This document shows positions 27,262-36,907 of a DNA stretch of 60,840 bases, in pieces (positions within the stretch are counted from its first letter, which is position 1; every line of letters starts with the position of its first letter). Made by a program: the position numbers and the translations under genes. The stretch covers positions 1-60,840 of the forward strand of contig DASSPG010000218.1 of the NCBI GenBank assembly GCA_035699725.1, in the 5' to 3' direction. The DNA is from Candidatus Limnocylindrales bacterium. Its GTDB lineage: Bacteria > Chloroflexota > Limnocylindria > Limnocylindrales > CSP1-4. A model generated the notes under the pieces. The model was not told the origin of the DNA. It saw only the letters and a program-made list of their open reading frames with translations, and ran no database searches.

Positions 27262-28601
27262 CGAACTCCCTTGATCGACTGGATGAGGGTTCCGACCGCG
27301 ACGTCGAGCAGGGGCTCCTCGATCGTCAGGGGCGGGCAGATCTTCAGGACGCTCTCGGCGCGGCCGCCGAGTCCTGCGACGACGCCGTGGTGGAAGGCGT
27401 CCTGGCGGATCGCCGCGGCGCGCCCGGGATCCGGCGCGGGAGCGTCGCGTCCGGTCACGATCTCGATGCCGATGAACAGGCCGAGGCCCCGGATCGCGCC
27501 GACCGACGCGACGTCGGCGAGCTCGGATCGCAGAACATCGATGATCCGTGCTCCGAGTCGCTCGGACCGTTCCCACAGGCGATCGCGGCGCATCACCCCG
27601 ATCGCCGCCCGGCCGGCCGCGAGGCTGACGGCGTTGCCCATGAAGGTCGAGGTGTGCGTCCCAGGCGTCCAGTGGCCCATGATCTCGCGCCGGCCGACGA
27701 CTGCGGACACCGCCATGCCGCCGCCGACGCCCTTGCCAACCGTCATGAGATCGGGCACGACGTCCCAGTGCTCGGCCGCCCAGAGTCGGCCGGTCCGCCC
27801 GAACCCGCTCTGGATCTCGTCGAACACGAGCACGATGCCATGGCGATCACACAGCGCGCGGAGGCCCCTCAGGAATCCTGCCGGTGGGATGATGACGCCG
27901 CCGTTGCCCTGGACCGGCTCGAGCACGATCGCCGCCACCGGCCCGATCCCCGACGCCGGATCCTCCAGGGCGTTCCGCACGAGCGCGAGGGCCGCCTCGC
28001 CGGCGTGCTCGGGCGGCCCGATCGTCCAGCCATCCGGGTCGGGATAGGGAAGGAACTGGGCGTCCCCGTCGCGCGCCACGCGAAGCCGATGGGCGGACTT
28101 GCCGTTGAGCCCGATCACGCCGCCGGCGCGGCCGAAATAGCCGCCCGAGAACGCGATCACCTCGCGCCGGCCGGTCAGGGACCGGGCCAACTTGAGGGCG
28201 GTGTCGTTGGCGTCGGCGCCGCTCAGGCCGAGCAGCACGCGATCGAGGCCGGCGGGCGCGATGGCGACGAGGGCCTCCTCGAATGCCACCCGTACCTCGC
28301 TCGTGGCCGCCGACGAGACGTGGCTCGCCCGTCCGGCCTGATCCCGGATCGCGGCCACGACGTCGGGGTGCGAGTGCCCCACGTTGGCGGCGGCGAAGCT
28401 CCCGGCGAGATCGACGAACTCGTTTCCGTCCGGGTCCACGAGCGTGGCGCCGTGGGCCTCGGCGACGACGAGCGGATCGTCGCTGCCGCCGGTGCGGGGC
28501 CCGGCACCTTCGACCGCGCGCATCCGCTCGATGACCCGACGGGCCTCCGGGCCCGGATAGGCGGTGACGACCCGTGGAGCTGCCGACGACTTGGACGTCA
28601 A
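27258..28601 (-). CDS. class-III (omega) aminotransferase
   Basis: LLGLSGADANDTALKLAR, FDEIQSGFGRTG and DLMTVGKGVGGGMAV (PLP lysine). The putative TTG start overlaps the upstream stop (TTGA). Confidence 0.85.
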   Translation of the reverse strand: MTSKSSAAPRVVTAYPGPEARRVIERMRAVEGAGPRTGGSDDPLVVAEAHGATLVDPDGNEFVDLAGSFAAANVGHSHPDVVAAIRDQAGRASHVSSAATSEVRVAFEEALVAIAPAGLDRVLLGLSGADANDTALKLARSLTGRREVIAFSGGYFGRAGGVIGLNGKSAHRLRVARDGDAQFLPYPDPDGWTIGPPEHAGEAALALVRNALEDPASGIGPVAAIVLEPVQGNGGVIIPPAGFLRGLRALCDRHGIVLVFDEIQSGFGRTGRLWAAEHWDVVPDLMTVGKGVGGGMAVSAVVGRREIMGHWTPGTHTSTFMGNAVSLAAGRAAIGVMRRDRLWERSERLGARIIDVLRSELADVASVGAIRGLGLFIGIEIVTGRDAPAPDPGRAAAIRQDAFHHGVVAGLGGRAESVLKICPPLTIEEPLLDVAVGTLIQSIKGVR

Positions 28602-29581
28602 GGCACGAAGTCGTAGACGTGACGGCCGGCCACCACCACCGGAACGCCGTCGAATTCGACCGTCGGCTCCATGACGAGCCCGTCGAGGTGCACATCGCAC
28701 TCGACCAGGCCACCGTATTCATTCGCCGAGTCGCCGAGCGCGATGTGGACCGTCCCGAACGCCTTCTTCGCCTCCGTGATCTCGTCGCCGATCCGGGCCT
28801 CGGGGTTCAGCCCGATGCCAATCTCGCCGATGTTGTCGGCATCACGGACATCCGCGACGATCCGCCGCAGCCGGTCGGCCGACGGACCGCCCTCGAACGC
28901 CACCGCCCGACCGTCTCGGACGGTGATGGTGAGGGGCCCGGACAACGTCCCGAGGTCCGATGCGACGCGCTCCCAGACGACCACGCCCGCCGCACTTCCC
29001 TCAATCGGTGGCAGCGAGACCTCACCGCCGGGCAGTGCCGAGACCTCGCCCGGACGGCGACAGATGCCGGTCAGCCAGGCCATCGGCTCCCGCCCTGCCA
29101 CGGTCGCGGTGAGGTCCGTTCCGGCGGGTGAGGTGACGCGCACCGTCGTCGTGCCGCGCCAGAGCTCGGCCAACCGTTCCGCCCGACGACGGATCGCGAG
29201 GAAGTCGGCGGTCATCGCGCCATGGCGCCAGGCATCCGCGCGGTACGGAGCGTTGAAGTCGCCCCGGGCCCCGGCGCGCTGGGCAGCTGCCTTGGCGGCC
29301 GTGTGGTAGAGCGACGTGCTGGCCGCGCACAGGACGACGTCCGCCGCCGCCATCGCGGCAGCCGCCGGAGCCGGCGGCTCGGCTCCACTCCGGGGGCGTG
29401 GCGCGATCGTGATGACGACCGGCTCGGCCCGCAGGGCGAGCGCCACCCGAGCCAGCTCGCGCGGGATCTCCGCGTCGGTCGTGGTGTCGACCACGATCGC
29501 GAACCGCTCGCCGGGGCTGATGCCGAGATAGTCGCGAACCACCCGCTCGGCGGTGCTGCCGACCGTGGCGGCCTCGGCCAT
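28598..29581 (-). CDS. M29 aminopeptidase-like / NicX-like metalloenzyme family protein
   Basis: GEIGIGLNPEARIGDEITEAKKAFGTVHIALGDS is the typical M29 C-terminal signature. The MAEAATV start overlaps the upstream stop (ATGA). Confidence 0.7.
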   Translation of the reverse strand: MAEAATVGSTAERVVRDYLGISPGERFAIVVDTTTDAEIPRELARVALALRAEPVVITIAPRPRSGAEPPAPAAAAMAAADVVLCAASTSLYHTAAKAAAQRAGARGDFNAPYRADAWRHGAMTADFLAIRRRAERLAELWRGTTTVRVTSPAGTDLTATVAGREPMAWLTGICRRPGEVSALPGGEVSLPPIEGSAAGVVVWERVASDLGTLSGPLTITVRDGRAVAFEGGPSADRLRRIVADVRDADNIGEIGIGLNPEARIGDEITEAKKAFGTVHIALGDSANEYGGLVECDVHLDGLVMEPTVEFDGVPVVVAGRHVYDFVP

Positions 29582-30396
29582 CACCGGGCCTCCTCCCCTG
29601 CCCCGGCGTCCGCGAGGCTCCATCGCCGACGGACCTCGGCGGCCTCGTCGGGGTCGTGCTGCTCGTGGCGCTGGTAGAAGCCGACGCGGCTGATCTGGTA
29701 CTTGCCCATCCGGTGAAGATCGGCCAGCGACTCCGCGGCCTTGAGCGCGAGGAGGTTCGGATTCAGGATCGGCAGGTCGCGGTGGCGACCAGTCGTCATG
29801 ATCTCGCGCTCGAGGCACCCACCGATGATCGTGCAGCCGAGGATGACGACCTCGGAGGTGTCCTCGCGGAGCGCGTCCACGCAGGCAGCCGCGGCGTCGT
29901 TCGCCACCGCGGTCGAGTCCTTGATCATGTCCGTGACGAACCAGTCGATGCAGCGGACCCCACGGCAGTTCGCGGCCCCGTGGAGGCGGACCTGGTCCTC
30001 CAGCCAGGGGAGCGCCTTGCGATGATCGGTGATGACCGTGAACCGGTGGCCGACGTACGAGGCGTGGTTCATCGCCGCCTCGAGCGGCCCGATGACCGGG
30101 ATGTCGACCAGCTCGCGGGCGACCCGGACGCCCGGGTCGTAGCAGCAGCCCACGACGACCGCGTGGTAGCCGGCCTCCTCCAGCCGACGGACCTTGTCGA
30201 AGATCGCCAGCTCCATGAGGTGCTTGGGGTAGTAGTAGTCGATGTTCGCGGGCACCCCCTCGAGGTGGATCACGTCCACCGCGCTCCCGCTCGCCGCGTA
30301 CGGGACGAGGGTCTCGCGGATGATCGCGTCGAACGCGGCGGTCCCGAACGGGTTGATGAACGCGATCCTGCGTTCCGCGCTTTCGATCGTCACCAC
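29581..30396 (-). CDS. Asp/Glu/hydantoin racemase family protein (hydantoin-racemase-like)
   Basis: RIAFINPFGT. The two catalytic-Cys contexts are VVVGCCYDPG and VVILGCTIIGG. PVIGPLEAAM is also present. Tandem GTG starts (30396 and 30393) overlap the upstream stop. Confidence 0.8.
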   Translation of the reverse strand: MVTIESAERRIAFINPFGTAAFDAIIRETLVPYAASGSAVDVIHLEGVPANIDYYYPKHLMELAIFDKVRRLEEAGYHAVVVGCCYDPGVRVARELVDIPVIGPLEAAMNHASYVGHRFTVITDHRKALPWLEDQVRLHGAANCRGVRCIDWFVTDMIKDSTAVANDAAAACVDALREDTSEVVILGCTIIGGCLEREIMTTGRHRDLPILNPNLLALKAAESLADLHRMGKYQISRVGFYQRHEQHDPDEAAEVRRRWSLADAGAGEEAR

Positions 30397-31667
30397 ATGC
30401 TCCGCTCATCGGTGGTCTCGAGGCCGGCGCGATCCGGCCGGAACGGGGCGGGGTCCAGCACGGGCTCGCCGCCGCAGATGACGCTGGCGACGAGGCGACC
30501 CGTCGTCGGGCCGGCCCCGTTGCCGAAGACATGGCCCGCAGCGACGATCAGGTCGTCGTATCCCGGCGGGCGCCCAATCAGCGGCAGGCTGTCCGACGTG
30601 AACGGGAGGATCCCGGCCCATGCCCGTGCAAATCTTGCCGCCCGCAGCTCCGGCAGGGCACCGAGCATGCCCTCGGTGACGAGGCCGATTCCCGCCAGGT
30701 TGGGACGCCAGTCGAAGCCCGGGTAGTCCATCGCGATCCCCAGGAGATAGGAACCGTCGGCCGTCTGGCACGCCGACTCGAGCAACGCCAGGCCGAGACG
30801 TTCCTCGATGGCCGTCGAGAACGGTTCAGGGGAGAAGCTGTCCAGTTCGCGGAAGATCGCGTACTGCTTGACGGCAGCCGGCCCGTAGAGGAGGTGCTCG
30901 AGGCGCGGCGGCATCGGCTCCGTCTGGACGACCTGGAGGCGCATGGGATGGATCGCGAGGTCGAGCCCGAGCTGCCGGGCGATCGCCGGGCTCCAGGCGC
31001 CCGCCGCGAGGACGACCTGTCCGGGCGAGATCGGCCCCAGGTCGGTGTCGACCCGGCTGATCCGCGACCCGTCGCGGACGATGGCCCGCGCTGCCGTCCC
31101 CTCGCGGACGATGGCGCCGTGGCGCTGGGCGGCAAGAGCGAACGCGCGCACGAAGCGGCGCGAGTCGATCTGGGCGTCGAGCGGGCAGAACGTCGCACCG
31201 ATCACGCTCTCAGGCAGGATCGGTGCCAGCTCGCGCGCTTCGGCACCGTCGAGCAGCTGCATCGGCACGCCATCGGCCGTCCGCCGCTCCACGAACTCGC
31301 GCATCACCACCGCCTGGGCCTCGGTCGTGAAGTAGGTCAATCCGCCTCGGCAGCGCAGCCCGAAGTCGACGCCGAGCTCGTCGGGCAGCTCCTCGAGCGT
31401 GGAGCGGGTAGCCATCACGAGCTCCAGCTCCGGGCCGGCGCGCCTGGTGTGGACCCAGATGTACCCGAGATTCCTGCCCGTTGCCCCGAACGCCAGCTCC
31501 TCCGCCTCGAGCAGCAGCACGCTCGCCCCGCTCCGGGCGAGGTGATAGGCACAGGCAGCACCAACGATGCCGCCGCCGATGACGAGGACGTCGGGGGACG
31601 GGTTCAACGACTCTCCGGATGTGCGGGGGCTGTCCCGGGACGCTAGCAGCGCGTGCGTGCTCGCCAT
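30390..31667 (-). CDS. FAD-dependent oxidoreductase (DAO family)
   Basis: DVLVIGGGIVGAACAYHLARSGASVLLLEAE and FGATGRNLG. The start is uncertain: ATG 31667 abuts the divergent regulator ATG, while TTG 31607 with GGAGAG upstream is an alternative. Confidence 0.85.
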   Translation of the reverse strand: MASTHALLASRDSPRTSGESLNPSPDVLVIGGGIVGAACAYHLARSGASVLLLEAEELAFGATGRNLGYIWVHTRRAGPELELVMATRSTLEELPDELGVDFGLRCRGGLTYFTTEAQAVVMREFVERRTADGVPMQLLDGAEARELAPILPESVIGATFCPLDAQIDSRRFVRAFALAAQRHGAIVREGTAARAIVRDGSRISRVDTDLGPISPGQVVLAAGAWSPAIARQLGLDLAIHPMRLQVVQTEPMPPRLEHLLYGPAAVKQYAIFRELDSFSPEPFSTAIEERLGLALLESACQTADGSYLLGIAMDYPGFDWRPNLAGIGLVTEGMLGALPELRAARFARAWAGILPFTSDSLPLIGRPPGYDDLIVAAGHVFGNGAGPTTGRLVASVICGGEPVLDPAPFRPDRAGLETTDERSMW

Positions 31668-33533
31668 ATGTCGTCAACCGACGAATCCGACCGTGGATCG
31701 TTGGTTGTAGGGCACCGTCCCGCGACGATCGGGCGGACTATCATCGGGTGCGCCGGAACCGCGGGCCGGCGGCCATGTGGGAGGTTGGACACGGACGCCA
31801 CAGCGGACCAGGCCGCGAACGCCCTGCGCGACCAGCTGGACCAGCTCCTGGTCACGGCACGACGCGTCGCCGAGTCTCTGGATCTCGAGACGGTCCTGAG
31901 CGCGATCGTCGATGACGCCACCACGCTCCTCGGAGCCGACAGCGGTGACATCCTGCTCTGGGACCGCGATCGGGGCGTGCTCCGGGTCGTCGCTGTCGCC
32001 AACTTTCCGCCGGGGATGCTCGGGTTCGAGATGCCGTTCGGAGAGGGCGTATCGTCACGCGCCATCATCGATCAGCAGGCGATCGAGGTCGGCGACTACG
32101 CCACCTACGAGCACCGGGTCCGGGCGTTGGACCGATACACCTTCGGATCCGTGCTGTGCGCGCCGCTCCTCTTCCGTGGCCACGCGATCGGCGCGATCAA
32201 CGTCCACGCGCGCGGTCGTCGCCTTCACTTTCCGGCGGGCTCCACCGACCTCCTCGCGGCATTCGCCGGGCATGCGGCGATCGCCATCGATCATGCGCGT
32301 CGGTACGAGAACGAGGTGAAGCTGGGTCGCGATCTGGCCGACACGAACCGCGCCCTGACCCGTCTCCTGACGGTCCAGCGGCGCCTCGCCGAGCACGTCC
32401 TGCTCGACGAGGGTCCCGGCGGCATCGCCGCGGTGCTGGCGGACGACCTCGGCCGTGCGGTCGTGATCCAGGACCATCTGCGGCGCCCGATCGCGGGAGC
32501 GGCGCCGGGTGGCGGCGATGGCTGGCGGCAGCTCCTGGGCGAGTCCGCCAGGGAGGCCTCCGGCTCGCCGCGCGAACCATTCACGGTTTCGGTGCGGATC
32601 GGCCGCGAGGTCGCCGGGCACCTGTTGCTGTCGTCGGACGACGACCTCGGCCCGATCGACCGGGCCCTCGTCGATGCCGCCACCACCGGTGTGGCGCTGG
32701 CGTTCGCGAAGGTCCATGCCGCCCTGGAGGTCGAGGAGCGACTGCGCGGGGAGGCGGTGGCCGACCTGCTCAGCGGGACCTACCCGAACGAGGATGCGAT
32801 CGCAGCCCGCGCCGCGCGCCTGGGGTACGACCTCCACGAGCCGCGCGACCTCGTGGTCATCGATGTCGCAGGCGACGTCCGCACCGCGCCTGCGACGGGT
32901 CCCCACGAGCACCAGCGGCAGTCTCTCGATGTCACTCGCGAGCGACTCGCGATCCGTGCCCCCCGGAGCCTGGCGGTCCTGCATGCCGGCTCGATCGTCG
33001 TGCTGGCCGGCGCGAGCCACCCGAACGAGCTCGATCTCCGGGACCTGGCCGAGGACCTCCAGGCCGCGATTGCCGGTGTGGCTGGCGCAGGCGAGACCAC
33101 GGTGGCGATCTCCGGGCGCTGCCGGCGCCCGGATGACCACGCTCCGGCGTATCAGCTGGCCCGGGATGCGATCGAGCTGATGGTCAAGCTCGGGCGGCAG
33201 GGCGCGGTGATCGCCGTGAGCGAGCTGGGACCGTACGGCCTGCTCCTCCACGCGAGCTCGCGCGAGGATCTCGAGGCGTACGCTCGGCGGACCCTGCGGC
33301 CGCTCATCGAGCACGACCGCCGCCATGGCACGGAGCTGCTGGCCACCCTCCGGGCATTCCTCGAGGAGGATCGCGGCCGGCGTCGGACGGCGGCGCGTTG
33401 CTTCGTCCATGTCAACACGGTCGTCTACCGGGTGCGGCGGATCGAGGAACTGCTCGGCGTGGACCTGGGTGATCCGTCCGTCGTGTTCGACGTCACCCTG
33501 GCGCTGCGCGTCCTCGACCTGCTCGGCGCCTGA
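31668..33533 (+). CDS. PucR/CdaR-family transcriptional regulator with N-terminal GAF domain
   Basis: The GAF-like region is LDLETVLSAIVDDATTLLGADSGDILLWD...GVSSRAI. The C-terminal PucR HTH is LLATLRAFLEEDRGRRRTAARCFVHVNTVVYRVRRIEELLGVDL. The start is uncertain (31668, or 31701 TTG). Confidence 0.85.
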   Translation: MSSTDESDRGSLVVGHRPATIGRTIIGCAGTAGRRPCGRLDTDATADQAANALRDQLDQLLVTARRVAESLDLETVLSAIVDDATTLLGADSGDILLWDRDRGVLRVVAVANFPPGMLGFEMPFGEGVSSRAIIDQQAIEVGDYATYEHRVRALDRYTFGSVLCAPLLFRGHAIGAINVHARGRRLHFPAGSTDLLAAFAGHAAIAIDHARRYENEVKLGRDLADTNRALTRLLTVQRRLAEHVLLDEGPGGIAAVLADDLGRAVVIQDHLRRPIAGAAPGGGDGWRQLLGESAREASGSPREPFTVSVRIGREVAGHLLLSSDDDLGPIDRALVDAATTGVALAFAKVHAALEVEERLRGEAVADLLSGTYPNEDAIAARAARLGYDLHEPRDLVVIDVAGDVRTAPATGPHEHQRQSLDVTRERLAIRAPRSLAVLHAGSIVVLAGASHPNELDLRDLAEDLQAAIAGVAGAGETTVAISGRCRRPDDHAPAYQLARDAIELMVKLGRQGAVIAVSELGPYGLLLHASSREDLEAYARRTLRPLIEHDRRHGTELLATLRAFLEEDRGRRRTAARCFVHVNTVVYRVRRIEELLGVDLGDPSVVFDVTLALRVLDLLGA

Positions 33534-34295
33534 TCAGCGCACCTCCTCCGGGATCTCGTACCAGCGGACCCGCGGACCGACCGCGGCCCGGAGCCGCCAG
33601 GCGAGCGACCTGGGGCAGGTCGCGAGCACCGTGCGCAGGGCCGCGGCGCGATCGATCGCCGTGAATCGGGCAGCGTCGGGCACGGCCCGCAACGGGTCCG
33701 CGGAGTCCGTCCAGCGAGCGATGAGCCGCGCCAGGTTGTCGTCGACCGTGCGCCACCAGCCCCAGTCCCTGCCGCAGACGTCGCGGACCCGCTCGAGCTC
33801 GATCCCCTCCCAGTCGATCTCCGTGAGGGCGTGGTCGGCCAGGAGAGCGAGCGCGTCCTGCGCGTCGCGATCGGTCAGCTCGACGATCTGGAGCTTCGAC
33901 AGAAGGAGATCGACCGGCGCGAGCGTCAGCGGCCACCCGGCAACCGGGACTCGATCGTCGAGCCGAAGCTCGTGGCACATCCGGATGGTCCCGACGAAGA
34001 TGTCGACCCGCCGTCCCGTGACGTCGTGGAACAGCAGCCGCTCGGAGCCGTTGAGGGTGTTGAACGGGAGCGCCGGCCCGTAGCCGAGGGATGTGAGGAC
34101 GCGCGTGATCGCAGGCGCACCGGTCCGCGCGACGAGGTCGATGTCGTGATAGGTCCGCCGTGGCTCGACCAGCTGGACCGTCGGCGCCACCAGCGCCACC
34201 GCCACGCCGCCCACGGCTCGCATCGCGAGCCCGACCTCCGCTGCGGCACCGATGATCCGACGCGCCTCCTCGATCGGGTCCGCGAGCGACGTCAT
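33534..34295 (-). CDS. nucleotidyltransferase-fold protein, function unknown
   Basis: MRAVGGVAVAL...RRTYHDIDLV resembles the GG...h-D-x-D motif of minimal nucleotidyltransferases. The ATG overlaps the upstream stop (ATGA). The track ORF is over-extended to 35207. Confidence 0.55.
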   Translation of the reverse strand: MTSLADPIEEARRIIGAAAEVGLAMRAVGGVAVALVAPTVQLVEPRRTYHDIDLVARTGAPAITRVLTSLGYGPALPFNTLNGSERLLFHDVTGRRVDIFVGTIRMCHELRLDDRVPVAGWPLTLAPVDLLLSKLQIVELTDRDAQDALALLADHALTEIDWEGIELERVRDVCGRDWGWWRTVDDNLARLIARWTDSADPLRAVPDAARFTAIDRAAALRTVLATCPRSLAWRLRAAVGPRVRWYEIPEEVR

Positions 34296-35257
34296 CCGGC
34301 CGTGAACGTGAAGTCGCGCAGGCCCTTGCGAGCGGAGACGCGGAGCAGCACGCCCTGGAGGACCCCGTCCTGGTACTGGCTGCCCGGGTTGAAGCCGGTC
34401 GTCGGCCCGATGCGGTATCGACCGCGACCCTCGTGGATGTGGCCGTGCAGCGCGATGGCAGGCTGGCGTTCCGTCACGAGCGCCCGGATGGCCGCGCTCC
34501 CGACCGGAACCATCACCGGCTCGCCGGAGCCGTCGTACTGGATGCGCAGGGCGTCGTCCAGGCGAGGAGCCCGGTCGACGCCGGTGTCGAGCGGCGGCAT
34601 GTGCAGGTTCCAGATGGCGGTGGCACCGCTGGGCAGGTCGTCGGTGACGGCGCGAACGAGGTCTCCGAGGTCCGCATCGGGCACTTCGCGCGGCGTGTTC
34701 CACGGCGTCGGGGTCGACTCTCCACGCGACGCCATCCAGAGGCCCGGTGCGAGCTCCGTCGCGACGCCCTGCACGTTGACGAGGCAGCGAGCGCTGGCGA
34801 GGGGCCCGTCGATCTCGGGGGGATCGTCGTTGCCGGGCATGACGAAGGCTCGCGTCCGCCGATCGGCCAGCCGTTCGTCGGCGAGCGCCAGCCATCCCTC
34901 GAGCGCTTCCAGCTTGAGTCTGGTGAAGACTGCGCGCTCCAGGTCGATCGAGCGCCGGATCTCGGCCATCTCGTCGACGGTCGTCACCATCCCGTAGGCC
35001 CCGTCCCGGCGGGCGGTACGGATCAGCTCCGCCACCTCGGCGCGGGTCTCGAGCCGGTGAACGCGATCCTTCCAGGTCGCGGTCCAGGCCTCTGCGACGC
35101 CGCCCGCCGGATAGATCGGGAGGAGGACCTTCCCGGTCAGGTCCCCGCCGATCACCAGGATGTCGGCGCCGTAGAACCCGGCGGCATTCAGCCACTTCCG
35201 GAAGCACAGGTCCGACCCGTGGATGTCGGCGACGTAGAAGATCGTGAGATCAGTCAC
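34292..35257 (-). CDS. metallophosphoesterase (calcineurin-like) family protein
   Basis: Motifs FYVADIHGS, LVIGGDLTG, VMPGNDD, NLHMPP and ALHGHIHEG. Confidence 0.8.
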   Translation of the reverse strand: MTDLTIFYVADIHGSDLCFRKWLNAAGFYGADILVIGGDLTGKVLLPIYPAGGVAEAWTATWKDRVHRLETRAEVAELIRTARRDGAYGMVTTVDEMAEIRRSIDLERAVFTRLKLEALEGWLALADERLADRRTRAFVMPGNDDPPEIDGPLASARCLVNVQGVATELAPGLWMASRGESTPTPWNTPREVPDADLGDLVRAVTDDLPSGATAIWNLHMPPLDTGVDRAPRLDDALRIQYDGSGEPVMVPVGSAAIRALVTERQPAIALHGHIHEGRGRYRIGPTTGFNPGSQYQDGVLQGVLLRVSARKGLRDFTFTAG

Positions 35258-35284
35258 CCGGCGGACGGATGCAGCGGGACCACG

Positions 35285-36907
35285 TCACTCCGGCGGGATC
35301 TCTCGGAAGGCGGCGTCGATCGGCATTCCCTGCCGCTGCCGGTAGGCGCGGGCAGCGACGTAGATCCCGAGCGGGATGGCGAACTGCAGGCCGGTCGTGA
35401 GGAGCTGCTCCGGGGTGTTGAGGAACAGCAGCTCGTTGGTCAGCATGAAGGAGAGGCCGACGCTGAAGTACACGAGCCCGACGGCACCGCAGATCGACAT
35501 GACCGGAATGCCGGCGATCCGCCAGTTCACCGCGCTCGCCTCGAACAGCGGCCTGGTCCGCGCCAGGTACGGGAACACCACGCCGCACAGCGCCACCATC
35601 CAGAACACGACGTAATAGGCGAGAGCCGGCGTCAGGAACTTCACGATCCCGGTGTGGTACAGGATCAGGAACGACTCGGCGATGACCGCGACGACGATCA
35701 CCGCCACCCATGGCGAGTTGTAGCGCGGGTGGACCTCGGACAGCTTCTGCGGGACCAGCCGATCGAACGACCACGCGAACATGGATCGGGTCGCGATGAT
35801 CATCGCCGACGGCAACCAGAAGTAGCTCCACAGGACCAGGCCCGCGGCCACGACCAGGAACACCGGAAGGCTGTCGATCAGGATCCCGGCATACAGCATG
35901 AATACCGGGTACGCCTCGACGGATCCGCCGTCCTCGGGCACCACGTTGTAGCTCACCCACGTGAGCGCCTGGTTGAAGTCGACCGAGACCGCCGAGGCGA
36001 TCGCCACGAACAGGACGAGCGCGATGCCGGCGTAGAGGAGCATTCCGCCGACGGTCGCGCGGAGCTGGGTCTTCGTGGGGGTCCGGACCTCGCCGCCGAT
36101 GTAGGTCGACGCCCAGGCAATGAGCCAGATGATCGGGATGATCCCCAGGGTGTCGACGAGGCTGAAGCCGGTCGGCATCCCGCTGCTGGCTGCCAGGTCC
36201 AGCGTGGCCTGGTAGCCCGGGACCCCGGCCGCCGCCGCGTATCGGTCGAAGCCCGCCTGGAACGCGGTTGCCGACGCCGTGAAGAAGATCACGAGGAGCA
36301 CGATGCCGCTGATCGCACCCACGATCCAGTTGATGTCCTGGAACCTCAGGTAGGCGCGCAGACCCCGGATGTTGAGCGCGGCCATGACGATGATGAACAC
36401 CGTTCCGAAGAGGAAATAGGTGTTGGGTTCGCTCGCCCACGCACCGATCGAGGCAATCGTCTCGTTGCCGCTGACGGCGCCGTACGAGCTGAACAACGGA
36501 CCGAGCACGAACTGGGCGATCCAGTAGCCGCCGATGCCGACCCAGAACGACTGGCTCATGGCCGCGGCGAAGCTCGCCATGAAGCCGATCGCCGGGTGGA
36601 ACGTCCGCGACAGGAAGACGTACTCGCTTCCCGTCCTGGGCATGATCGAGGAGAGCATCCCGTAGAGGAGGTTGAAGGGAAGGGCGAGCGCCGCGGCGAT
36701 CGGAATCGCCAGCAACAGGTTGCTCTGCGGGAACACCGCGGGGTGGGCCCAGTAGGTGAACATGATGTACACGACGCCGACGTTGGCGACGTTCAGCAGC
36801 AGCATCCGGCCAGGCGACCCGACCCGGACGAACCCCGACGATTCCCGACTGAAGACCTGGCCGGGCGCCGACGCCGTCGCGCCGGATCCGATGACCGCCT
36901 CGCTCAC
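35285..36907 (-). CDS. APC-superfamily amino acid/amine permease
   Basis: 540 aa with about 12-13 hydrophobic helices. SSIMPRTGSEYVFLSR is the typical APC signature region. Confidence 0.85.
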   Translation of the reverse strand: MSEAVIGSGATASAPGQVFSRESSGFVRVGSPGRMLLLNVANVGVVYIMFTYWAHPAVFPQSNLLLAIPIAAALALPFNLLYGMLSSIMPRTGSEYVFLSRTFHPAIGFMASFAAAMSQSFWVGIGGYWIAQFVLGPLFSSYGAVSGNETIASIGAWASEPNTYFLFGTVFIIVMAALNIRGLRAYLRFQDINWIVGAISGIVLLVIFFTASATAFQAGFDRYAAAAGVPGYQATLDLAASSGMPTGFSLVDTLGIIPIIWLIAWASTYIGGEVRTPTKTQLRATVGGMLLYAGIALVLFVAIASAVSVDFNQALTWVSYNVVPEDGGSVEAYPVFMLYAGILIDSLPVFLVVAAGLVLWSYFWLPSAMIIATRSMFAWSFDRLVPQKLSEVHPRYNSPWVAVIVVAVIAESFLILYHTGIVKFLTPALAYYVVFWMVALCGVVFPYLARTRPLFEASAVNWRIAGIPVMSICGAVGLVYFSVGLSFMLTNELLFLNTPEQLLTTGLQFAIPLGIYVAARAYRQRQGMPIDAAFREIPPE

